The translations under genes and the position numbers were made by a program. Under the pieces are notes generated by a model. The model was not told the DNA's origin. It made no database searches and worked only from the letters and a program-made list of their open reading frames with translations. Positions 50,601 through 62,700 of a stretch of DNA of 64,000 bases are shown here, piece by piece (position 1 is the first letter of the stretch; the number at the start of each line of letters is the position of its first letter). The stretch comes from Phoronis australis (Eukaryota; Animalia; Phoronida): assembly GCA_002633005.1 (NCBI GenBank), contig NMRA01000130.1, positions 310,001 to 374,000 on the forward strand. The letters are read 5' to 3'.

Positions 50601-53600
50601 TGTCAACTTTATAATTTATCTGCCAATTTTTAACGCAAGAACACATCAATTTCCTTTTATTTTTAGGCCAAAAAACAAGTGTGGTGCATTAATTTTTGCA
50701 CTTAAAACAGAACATTGTTTTCAAGTGAGCTTACGCGCTATCGATGTTTATCAGCTCTGTGAAGTTTTTACCGCCACTCAGCTATCTCGGGAGATATTGC
50801 GCTCATGTTGTTTTGAATATCTAATCAGATTTCCTTAGTCTGTTATGTATACAGACGTATATGCACAGGCACACCATGTGTGCTTGACGTATGGCGTGGT
50901 GAAGTGCACACAGGCTATAAGAAGAGTATGGTTGGTGAAAACAACTCTGTCAATATGGGAAAAAATTATCACGCACAAGCTATAGGTTTAAGTGGCTGTT
51001 GAGGCCCCTCAGATATCGGGTATCTTCCATTGATAAGATGCAGTGAATATGACCCCAAATCTTAATTTTAGCCGATCCTAAGACTAGATCTGGTTCTGTA
51101 ACTTCCCATTGTTGATAAAATTCACATTTTTAAAGATATTTTTAAGTTTAAGTGACTATAAGCCCCCATTCCATTTAAAAATAAATAATTTTTGGCTGAG
51201 GCCAATTACCACTATAAAATTGTCTCAACTTCTTCCTTGTTGAGAAGGGAAGGGGTTTTTAGTTTTGATGACATTTCATTGTTGCTTGACTCAGCTCAGC
51301 TAATAAAATGACTCACCCTGTGACAAGTCAACTTGCAGAGCCTGATCTCGAACAATAACAAACTTTCAGTTCTTTCAAAACACTGAAATCATTTCCAAAC
51401 TGTATGTGACCAATTTCGCGTCCTTGTAATGGTCTAAATCAAAATTTTTGCTGTAGTTGCTTTAATGTTTGGCACTGTCAGGTTATTAGTTGGGAGTAGA
51501 ATTTGAAGTGGTTGTTCTTATTCTCGACTGTGTTGGTGACTAATTTAACTTTAGTTATTAAGTACCGTCGCAATGTTTGTTCAGTTCGTAGTAATTTCAC
51601 ATAGGAAGAAGAAGATCTAGTGGGATCTCCTGCTCGCTTCTTCCGCCGCGTGATCTTGTATTTTCACAAATTTATTGTGTGTATGGAATGCTTGCTGGAC
51701 TAACAAGGAAAAATTATTCAGTCTTTAAAAAGATCTTAGCCCGGACAGCGGCTCGAACGAGGGACTTTCTGCTATTGCATGTAAGATAATTCTCATAGGT
51801 GGAAGTTCGGGTACGAATTCGGACAAAACCACCTAACTCGACTTGCTTATCTGCTACTGAAGGTTAATGTGTCAACTAATAACATTGGAAGAGTCATGGG
51901 ATATTCGAGAAATTAACCAATGAGAGTCTTCGTTACTATTTCAGCTTTAATGTCTTTGAATTTTAAGAATAATAACAATGGTCAAAACCAGGGACATTCG
52001 GAGGCAGGTGGGAAAATTCGGACAGAGCGTTGGGGAAATTCGAACCAGCCATTTCTGAATAGGTAAAACTCGGACAAAATATATAGGCCTAATAGTATTT
52101 TATGATTTTAAAAATGAATTTGGTTATTATTTAGCAGTGTGCACATGAGATGAATAATAAAATTTGAGAAGTCACATCAACGATGTAAAAGTATGTTCTC
52201 CATTACCAATTTGTGTGCAACCTGCATGGTAAGCAGCGTCACTGTTGTTGAAAAATGAAGTCGTGAATTGACTTTTTAACACAGAAGGCCATCACATGAG
52301 CACAAAAATCTTTCAGAGAAGCATCGAGAAAAACGTCTAGTAACCTAAAACCCTGGTGTCTGAATTCGCACGCTGCACACAAAAAGTTGGAGGGAAAATT
52401 CGAACAACTGGTCTTTAACCAAATCATGCTTTTTTGTTTGTTTTTCTATCGCAATTAACTCATAAAAGAGCATATTGATGTAAATTCAAGTTCATTTATA
52501 TGGCAAGGAACCAAGTGACCTAAATATAACTTGGAAACGAGTGTGCACTTACCTCAGACTCTCAACATCAACACGTGAAGCAGACGACGGAACAACGTAA
52601 GCTGCTGAATGTACGTTATATGTCCTGAAACTTTGTTGTAATTCAAATGAGGTGATAAATAAGTTCCCACTATCGTTTAAAGAAATGAATAATCTTTTCG
52701 TTTAGTGGTAAGGCAGCTTGTTTGTTATCATATTTGACATTTACCAGTACTTAGACCCATCCGAATTTTACTGCCATCCCAGTTTCCCCGAGCTACCCCT
52801 ATCGTATCAATCCGCTGCTTTGTACCAGTACATGGCTTTACTTCCCAGGTACTGTTTTGTGTTGAACTGGAGAACAGATGCCTGTGAACAGAAAGTGTGT
52901 GACTACTATAAATATTTCAAGTGCTCTCTAGACACAGTGTGACACTGTTGTGAATTGTTATCTGTCACACAGGTGTGTGCTATGTAGTTCCTGCCTTTAC
53001 AATGCATTTATCGCGTGTTGGTAAATTTCACCCTTGTCTCAGGTAGCCACAATAAAGTGAATCATATAGGATGGTGGTATGTGTTTAACCCTCCATACAT
53101 TCGAATGTGCTTAAAATACCATGCTGTTGAAGCTTACCTTGGACTGCTACTAAGGAGCTGTAGGTTCAATATTACATGCTACTGCGAATATCTATAAAAG
53201 TGTTCTTCTCGAGAATGTCTCTTTAATAGCATTAAAATTTTGTGTAATTTGTACAGCTTATTTTTCGGTTCGTATGCATGAGTTTATTTTGAGATCCGTA
53301 CGTATGATTCAGTGGTTTGGGAAGACAAGTCAGTGGTTCTGGTGTTCGATTCGAAATTCAGATATATGATTGTCAGCTTCTGAACGCTAGCCAAATTACC
53401 ACTAATGTTATACCTGGGATGAATTCAGCTGGTGTTAGAATTTTTGAGAAAAAGCAATATCATGCATGACGACAAAAAAATCACGTTTTCGCGAGCATGC
53501 TCAGAAGCTTATTGGCGTACCCTTCCAAAATGGCGTCTGCTAAAGTAATCGTTAGGTGAGATAGGAATGTTTTGTTATAGGATAGACTTTCTTTAGATGA

Positions 53601-53868
53601 AAATTTCTCGCCACGAGTTCTGCGCAAAAATATTGGATCCACCGAAGTAGTCCTGGTTTGTACATCATATTACGGTCTGATATCATGTCTGGTCTCAGTG
53701 TTCATTAGATCAGGAATCTTCAACAAATGTGGGTTGGGCTGTTAAGATAACGCTTGGATTAATAATGGCGAAAGCCGAATCACCAGCAATTACGCCCATG
53801 GGTTTTTTGCTACTTTTCGTGAACACAACGCCTGCGCTAAATTTCATCATACCATTTGCGCAATTTTA

Positions 53869-54355
53869 GGTTATTTAGGACCTTAGCCACATGTCTATGT
53901 ATTTAACTAAATGTTTACGAAATTAGATTTTAACTCCACAGAAGTGTTTATTTTCTGAAAGTAGAAAGCCTGAAGGATTTAATTTTGATTTTGTACCAGT
54001 CTGTCATTAACTGTGTCACATGATCATGTTTTTCAAGTAAAAATACCAAAAACGATACCTTCATGCTAAAACAACGGTATCAATAATGTGATCAAATTTC
54101 ATTTGATATAAATGTTCGTGTTGAAATCCCAAAAACTCGGTTATAGTTTTCTAAATTATCATCACGTTTTCGTTTTATGCAGCATTTGAGTTATGTTTTG
54201 ACAGCCCATTGCGCACAAGTGGAACATTTTAAAAACAATTCCTCGCAGTGTATAGAAGAACAATGCCTGAAGCATGAATCTGATTGGTCACTTCTGAGGT
54301 ATGATGTTCGAAAGTAAGTCAAATTTGGACATTTTTCTGGGGTCCTGCATGACCT
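53869..54355 (+). mobile_element. Old ~490-bp non-autonomous DNA element (Kolobok-like, TTAA/GG termini); representative copy of a dispersed family
   Basis: TIR-like GGTTATTTAGGACC ... GGTCCTGCATGACC. Shared internal motifs (ca.atga.catgt, caaatttcatttgat, gttacagttttct) recur at about 5585-6000, 18520-18920(-), 19300-19798, 20525-20960, 26690-27020, 29230-29660, 57300-57640, 58786-59294(-) and 60920-61375. TTAAGG/CCTTAA ends at 58782 and 29655. Confidence 0.65.
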
Positions 54356-57300
54356 CAAGTGTTGTTGATGGGGATTTCAGAGTTTTGTCTAAGGGAGCCT
54401 AACAAAGGACACATACAGGGGAGGGTTCCTCCTTTATAGCAATGTAAAAGTGACTGGTGATTTAGTAGTGAGCAGGTGGGGGGGGGTTGCCTGCATCTGT
54501 GTACTACATAATGAGCGCTGTCTGCATGATTTTGTTTTGGCAAACTTCCAACGTTCATTAGGATTAGACAGCCATGTCAGCATATTTAAAGCTGTCTCTG
54601 TTTAGTTTTCATTGTTGATTTCTGAACAGAAGTGCTTTGGGATTTGCCACGCTCATTCGACCTTGAATTATTGCCGAATGAACCTTCAACTCAAGTCACA
54701 GGTTCATGCGCCATTTTTGAACGGGTAATTTTAGGGTCAGACAACCCCGATAAATTCTTAACGTTCTTGATGTTTTAAAGGAAAAGTAATATTACAAGAC
54801 GGATTTTATGAGAGTAAAATGTCTCGTTTTGTAGCTAGCAAAACGGGCCGAATTGCAGCTTTAAAATTCCACATGTTCGCCATTTTGCGCTTGCTGTAGA
54901 TGTGAACCAGGGGTCAATCTTACTATGCTTTTCTCACCATAAAACTATAATTCAATCAAGAACATGTGGAGGCTATAACGGAGTCTGGACTGGCTAATTA
55001 TTGGGGATCTTTCTGAGTTGGTACAATCACTAATCTGTCTCTGTTCACTTGTTTACCAAATGTGTAGGAAACCTGTTGGGCAGAAGACAAATCATTGGCA
55101 ACAAAACAGACCAAAACCGGCCTTTGTTGTGTGTTATCAATGCGCCCGACTACACCTGAGTGTAGATCAAGTTTATTCACTGAAAATATCAAGATGCAAC
55201 GTTATTTCAGACTGTAAACACAGTCTGTTCACTTTTCATATTGTTTTGGTCATTGAATTTAAATTCTTAAAGTTTTCCCATGATTTTGGACTTGTTTTTC
55301 AACGTTTGAAAACTTGTGGCTTTTTGTGACAACAGCTATTATAGCTGTAACTAGATTTGAAGTCCGCACTCTCTTTTTTGAACGTAGATATAGGCATTAT
55401 ATTATTGATTTTTCGTGTTCTACTCAGCTTTTCATTTTTTTAACAGAGCATTACAACTCACTCTTCAACAGTGAAACATTTTTTGGCTTTAGAATAATGA
55501 ACGGCGGACCAGTTTTGATGTATAATGACAGTTAGCATGGCCAGCAATGGAAAGAGTGCCCTGCAGATGCACAGCATTGTGGGTAAATATCACAGAATGG
55601 GATGCTGTGGTATTTTGGGTAGTGACCATTACTTTTGTTGGGCAATTATCTTCTAGGGCTAGTTTCAATAAAATGCCATAACTTTTTTATTTTCCCACTT
55701 CAGATGAGCAAGGACAAAGGTCTGGGATTCCCTGGTCTTACCTTACAGTCAGTTTGTGGAGGATTTAACTAAACTAAAATGTACATGCTCTAACTGTACA
55801 CCAGTTTTTACACAGAGTCTAAACAGAGACCTGCTACTGGTGTTACGTTCTGGTCTATGCCTTTCTTTACACTCTCTGTAATAAACATGAAGCAGTTACA
55901 TATTTTTATGNNGGGGGGGGGGGAGGTGGGCTGATTGTTAGCTATCTGGCCATGCCTTAATCAGTTTTCCTCTTTCCTAAATACTATTTAACCCCATCAA
56001 GTTTTATGATTAGAAAGATGTCTCTGAAAACATAAAAGGCTTTCATCAACGCATATTAGTACTTTATGCACTTTGTGTGAGATTTGTCACGTATGGTAGA
56101 ATATATAATGATATATTATTAAGACAACAAGGTCTTGTCTCTTGCTTCTATTTTTAAGAAGAGAGTTATGTCTTGCATCATAACCTTAGTGTTCATTGAC
56201 TGACCCAGTTTTATTTAGGTCAAATAGAATTTTGATGTCCATTTGTTTATAGGTTACTTCTCTAACAGATTGTACACTTGATGTATATACTTGGTTTCCC
56301 TTGACAGCTTTGTTTCTCAATTAATAGAGACAAAAGTGGCCCTGCAAACGATTAGAGATGAAACTAAAGTGTGCGAATTATTAGAGATTGATAACAACAA
56401 TGAATGATTGAGGACGACAACCTGCGAGACAGTGGTTTAGTAATGTGCATTATATTACCACAAGTTACAAATTAATGTCCCGGATGATGGATTAACTTCA
56501 AACTGTAATACTTGAACGCTTTGTCACTTTATTTTTTTCCGGTGTTCACAAACTTTAAGAACCCAGCTTCAAGACCTCCACTTTCAGCAATGCTGCCAGC
56601 CTGCACTGTATTTCCGACTGTTGTACACTTGCTAAAACAGCTATTCAAAAATACCAGGCCAGAGAGTGACAGTGGGTTTGTCAACCCTAGGACAGAGGCT
56701 GTTGTTTTTTGAGCAATCTCCACAGTTCACGGAAAGATGTCAAATTTTCCCGATTATTGATGAAATTCCTGACTTAGAATTCATTCTCCCAGGTTTCTTG
56801 AGATGTAATGACCGGAGGATCGAGGATGTGCAGCGATGAAGGGGACAGTGTGCCTCAGTCACTGGGCTTCTGGAGTTGTAAAAAATGCAAGAAAAACTGG
56901 TGTTAGCAGGTTTCAAGAATATCGCTGTCACTTGTTCTTTTCAAATATCTAAATATTTTTAATAACCATAAGCGCAAGCATGAATTAACTCACTGTTGTC
57001 GATCAGAACCAACTGAAAAGCACGGTTGTACCCCTTGGCAACATATGTCACTTGCCTGTCTCAATGCAGATTTCAAAACTGATCAGAAAGGTCATTTTGG
57101 CGGGTGAATGTTTTGATCACTTTTTAGTCTGTCATCACTAACACCTTAACATGGGAGAAGTGCTTTAGTTTGGTACTGTGGTGATCAAAAACCTGAAACC
57201 TTTAGGCAACGATTAATGTCTTCTAATGTAAGCATGAATTAAAACAAAACTCTATTGATGTTAGGTTGCTAATATAATAATTCTTTTACTTTGCCTGCAT

Positions 57301-58785
57301 CATATTTTAGAAAAAGCACTAGTTCAAATCTAATAAATTACGCAAACAACGGTTTAGAACCAACAAAAGTAAATTTCATTTGAGATAATTGCTTAGTATA
57401 GAATCGAAAAACATTACAGTTTTTAAATGATCTTTTCGTTTTCATTGTATTAGAATTTTGAGTTTCTTTCATAAATTGTAACTGTCCTATTTTTGATAGC
57501 TCCCTGCTGCAAAAGTGGAATATCTAAAAACAAATTCCTAACAGCATGTTGAAGAACAGTATCTAAAACATCAAATGTGATAGTTTGTATGAATCTAATC
57601 AGTCATTTCTGGGATATGATGTTCTCACAAATTTGAGAACTTTGATAAACTCATAAATCTCCCTTGTCCCAAATTTCAGGATGAAGAAATTTCATGTTTG
57701 CTGGATTTTCCCTATCCAAATTCTAGATACTGTCCAAATTGGATAATTTTTACCGTAAGTGTATTTTGGTGATTCAGAGCAGTAAATATTGCGAACATTC
57801 TCGTGGAACTATTTTTATATTGACATGGAGAATGAAACAATCGTGATTGAGCTGTCCTTGTCAACGTAGATTACACAAATGCATTTGCAATATCCATTTG
57901 AGCTAACGCCCAGGGAGTTTAAATTAAGAAACTAAAAAAGCTTGGGTGTGTGCATTAATTCAAGAATCAGCGGTTAAAAACAATTTTATATTTATAGAAG
58001 GAGTGGGTGTTTTTACAAGCGATCGATTTGAGTTGACTCTGAAATGGACAAATTTAATGCATGCAAGCACGGGTTAAACGGCGTATTAGGTCATTTTAAA
58101 TTGATGCTGATACAATTTTCTGCTATTTATGTCATGATTTGGCAGAAAAAAAATTCTGTTTTGTGGAATTGCTCTGTAAGAGCAACACATTAGAAAAATG
58201 CACTGCCTTGTTTACTCGTTCATAATTCACTTCAATCAGAAAACAACACGCAATACAACCCTGAGAAAATTTTAAACCTTTGGCAAATTGAAAAATTGTA
58301 ATTTTCGCCGTTGTTTTTATGTTAAATTAAACCTCCTGTTATACCCTGTGATCGTGCAGAACCATAATTTAACTCCAGTTTTATAACTTACACTATCACC
58401 CTCGTACCGTAGGTGGGCTAAGTTCCCTAGACCCTAGACACTCGTGTTGTACTTCCTGTGAGAAAACTTTGCTGACGGAATGGAAACGGTGAATGCTATG
58501 CCATCATTCAAGATTCCAACCTTACCAACCAATATTTAGTGGCTGCCATTTTGTTAGGGTACACCAGTATGATCCTGAGCATACTTGCAAAACACTCAAC
58601 CTTTCGCTCGCGTGACATTGCGTGATGTCGCAATTTGATGAGTTTCTTGTGTTGACTCATGGACACAAGTCCCCTTCATTTACATACCCCCCAACTTTTC
58701 AAAAATTTTGTTTTTAAATGGCCGTGTTCGACTTAACGCCCCCTCTGATTTCTAGGTTAATCAGTTCGACTCCTGTGGGCATTAA

Positions 58786-59294
58786 GGTCGTAGGACCCTA
58801 GAGAAGTGTCCAAGTTTGGCTTAATTGGGAACATCATATCCAAAAATGGCTGATCGAATTCATATGGATGGTTCAGGTTCTAAGGTTCATGTACAGTTCT
58901 TCTTAGCACTGTTGGGAATTGTTTTAAAATTGTTCCAGTTTTACACGAGGGACTATCCAAAATAGGACATTTACGATTTTTGTGAAAAAATAAAAGTTGC
59001 ATGAAACAAAAATGAAATGTTAACTTAGAAAAGTGTGGCAATGTTTTTAAAATTTTATCTTGTACATTGGTATCAAACGAAATTTGGTCATGTTACTGAT
59101 GCTGTTTTTGTCTTTGAATGTACTTTTCTCTTTTTATTCATTTTTGCTAAATTTTACTAAAAAGTCAAGGTCACATGACCCAGTCAATGGCATATTGGTA
59201 TAAAGTCAAAAATTAGATTCTGCAGGCTTTCTGTTTTCAAAAAATGTATTCTTTCAGTACGATAGTTTTGTACATATTGATGAGTCTCTTAACC
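58786..59294 (-). mobile_element. Reverse copy of the Kolobok-like family
   Basis: Starts ttaaGGTCGTAGGACCCTAGAGAAGTGTCCAA; internal motifs are reverse complements of 53869-54355. Confidence 0.6.
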
Positions 59295-59640
59295 TTGATG
59301 AGTACATTTGTGTTAGAAACACAGCTACCATCATGCATTGTTTGAGAGTTTGTGGGTATTTTCAACAGTATTTAATCGGAATGATTTTACCAGAATTCAA
59401 AATATGGCTTCTAGAAACGTATTTTATTTATCGCAATGCTTTATCCGGGCACAAATGCTCGTTCTGACCTAGTTATTAACAGGTGGGCCTCGGAGAGAGT
59501 TTCGGCAATTTTATGTGCATAGGAGGTGCACATGAACTATAAAATTTGTGCACTGTCACTATATAAATTGCACCAGTGTTGCAAAATCCTCGTATCATGT
59601 TAATTGCTGCTTTCCTGACTCCTCTAATTTACATATGCAG

Positions 59641-59745
59641 TGTTCCAGGAACTGATGTAATTGGTCTGCTTCAGTTTCCTGTACCTAATTTACCTAGGCT
59701 GTGTTCCAGGAAGTGATGTAATTGGACTGCTTCATTTTTCTGTAA
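59641..59745 (+). repeat. ~61-bp two-copy tandem repeat, each unit a hairpin
   Basis: tgttccaggaa.tgatgtaattgg.ctgcttca.ttt.ctgta occurs twice; CAGGAACTGA pairs with TCAGTTTCCTG (one bulge). Confidence 0.8.
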
Positions 59746-62700
59746 CTTGTTTCCGCTAATAAATGATTCTGTCTCCACCCACTCCCTGTGTGTCAAATCC
59801 TTTTTTGCCATAAATACGTGTTTATCATAAAGATAATGCTTCAAAATCCATTTCATTCACTTTTTTATTTTTTACAAAATTGTAAATTTTAGATGTTTGT
59901 GAATCGATGCATCAAACCTGACTGTGCCACTGATTAGTCAGTGCGGTGTACCATGTGACTTAATTCAGGAATGAGAATAAGGGACTATAGCTGATGTTAG
60001 GTGAACTCTGTATAGTTTGCAAACACAGAGCATTGCGAACATAGATTGTAGGATGACCATCGTATTGCACTCAGCGTGTATGAATCTATCAGTTCACACA
60101 CACAGTTGGTACCTAACACGCTCTTGACATATGTTATAAACCAGTGACGTGAACGCTAATTGATGAATTGTCTAATCATAGCACACAGATAAGTCCGCGC
60201 TATTATCGGCATTCGTTAAGCTCGCTCGCGTCTATAAACGGGGAAATTAGTCATATGTTGAGGAAAATTATCATCCATTAACTAAGGACTCCTGTGCAAA
60301 CAGTGGTGTTTGGTGATGTGTAGATATTTGTCCTGTCAATTCACCTGCCTCAATGTTACTTTGGTCAGGAGACGTGTGTGGGCATCTGATCGCGTGTATT
60401 CAAGAGGAGAGTGCCTGAAATATTGAGGATAGATTTAACTGAATAGTTCAAGTTCTTCCGTACGCAACATACGCATTTTAATCACCTAAGCACATCACCA
60501 GAAGTGTCATTGATGATAAGTTGATTACTAGTGTTTGTAGAGAAAGGTGTGTTCAGGTAGATAATCTCCAGGTCAGGATTCAGGTGAACTCAAAAGTTGA
60601 TACGATAATTTTTTACTTGCAGTAAAATCTCACCAATGTAGGACAATATGGCGGACAGGCGGAAGCTTATTTTCTAATTTTCTCATAAATGATACCACAG
60701 CGTGTGCCGTTAGCGATAGAGACTTCTTACGGCATCTGCCGATGTCACCGAAGTTAACAGTTCAAACCACATGGAAGTGAGGACGTTCTGCAGTTAAATC
60801 CACCTATACTTTGAAGGTAACAGTCTGTGTTAACTTCGATGCAGGACTGAATTAACTATTCATGTCAACCAATACTCCACAAAACATCAGTTGGTCGTGG
60901 TTGGGTTGTAAGGCCTTTGGATTATGTAGGACCTTATGGACAGTAGTTTGTGTATTTAGCCATGTTGATTTTAATTCAGTAAAAGTACCATTTTTTAAAA
61001 GTAGAAAGCTTGTATACCACTCTGACATAATTTAGGTCATGTGACCATCACTTTTAAAGCATTTTTTTTTTAAATAAAGCTACATTTATGGTAAAACAGG
61101 AGTATCAATAACATGTCTGAATTTCATTTGATACAAAAAAGTTCCAAGATCAGGTCTTAAAAACCCTGTTACAGTTTTCATTTTATGCAACTTGTGATGT
61201 TTTCATTAAAAATCTTAAAAGTCCTGTTTCTGATAGCCCCACGTGCAAAAGTATTTTGAAGAACAGTGTATAAATTATAATATCTGAAAGTTTCGTATAA
61301 ATCTAAGTCATTTCTAAGATATGGTGTTTTGAAAATCTACAAATTTGGAAATTTTTTTGTTGTCTTACATAACTGTTGATTCTGTGTCATATGCGTTCAA
61401 TTGTGCATGAATTTAATTGTTCAATTTTACTTCAAACGGAAACTTATGTTTTTCGTGGTGTTCACGGTTTTGAGTAAACGTTGGAAAAACATTTTTTGTT
61501 GAATTCTCTTAAAAGTGCGTAAGTTTTGTTAATAAAACATTAATGTAAATGTTTGCTTTGTATTCCTGTAGTTCATCATTTTCCTGTCAGTCTCTGTTTT
61601 CTGTGTGATATAAATAACCTCCACTCTTTGTTTGCCTTCGGAGGTGTGGTTGGTGAGTGTTACTCTAAATAGTTACCAATGATATTTCAGTCGTTCTAGG
61701 AAAGAAAAACCTCCGAGTATCTTTTTTTAAAGTGGCATTTTGCTCTATTTAGCTGCCTAGGAAACGAAAATTGAATTATTGGTTAGCCCTTTGCTCTGCT
61801 CTGTCTCATAATATTCCTTGCCATGTTGCGATTCTATTTCTGGTGCTATCAAGAATATCGAAGTCCTCAGCGACTCAAGAAAACGCTTCAGAGTTTATTC
61901 GCCGTTGGCCAACCCTACGACTGCGGATTCAAAAATGGCATTTCCTTTGACTTGAGTTGGCAGCTTATTCAGCAACGATTCAAGCACTTTGGTTTAGAAT
62001 TCAACATTGACAGTTAAACATCGGCAGAATGCCCTTGTGAAACACTTTTGAATACATTACCCCGCTTTTCACATTTAAGTTATTCACATTTTTACCTGTC
62101 TTCTGCAATAAAAAGCAGAAGACGCACTAAAACCGATGTGAAAAGATTTATTATTCTTTTGAATGATTTGTGAAAGCTTGTGTTTAGGATAAGTTCAGTT
62201 TTATGTGCATGGTGATGATAGCAACCTATTTATACATACGACCTATTTATACATACGTTAGGACTGATCAAATGCTCGTTCTCTACCACTGGTCTTGCAT
62301 GGGGTGAATTTATTGCTAGTTATTTAAAGGAAGACCTGCCGAATGGTACATGGTTGGTAAGAGGTAGAGTTGGTATGTAAAATACCACTGCTAGGTTATG
62401 GTTTTATGAATATACTGTGCTGATTTTATTCACAAGCGTGAAGATGTGAGAATCCACAGAGTTGACGTCACCAAGTAAATTTGTTTGTGTGTGCGTGTCA
62501 GCGATGTCACTAAAATTAGCCCACGGCTTGTGATAAACTTTGAAAATGGAGATTTGAAGATGAATCGATGCTGTTGAAGGGTCTGTGGAGTACTGTGTGT
62601 TTGTAACAGCCCTTGTTTAAAATCTCACCAATTTTGGACATAAATCATTTCAAAAAGTTTCCTTTGTCGTTTTTTCAAAGAATTCTAATGTGCCTAAAAA

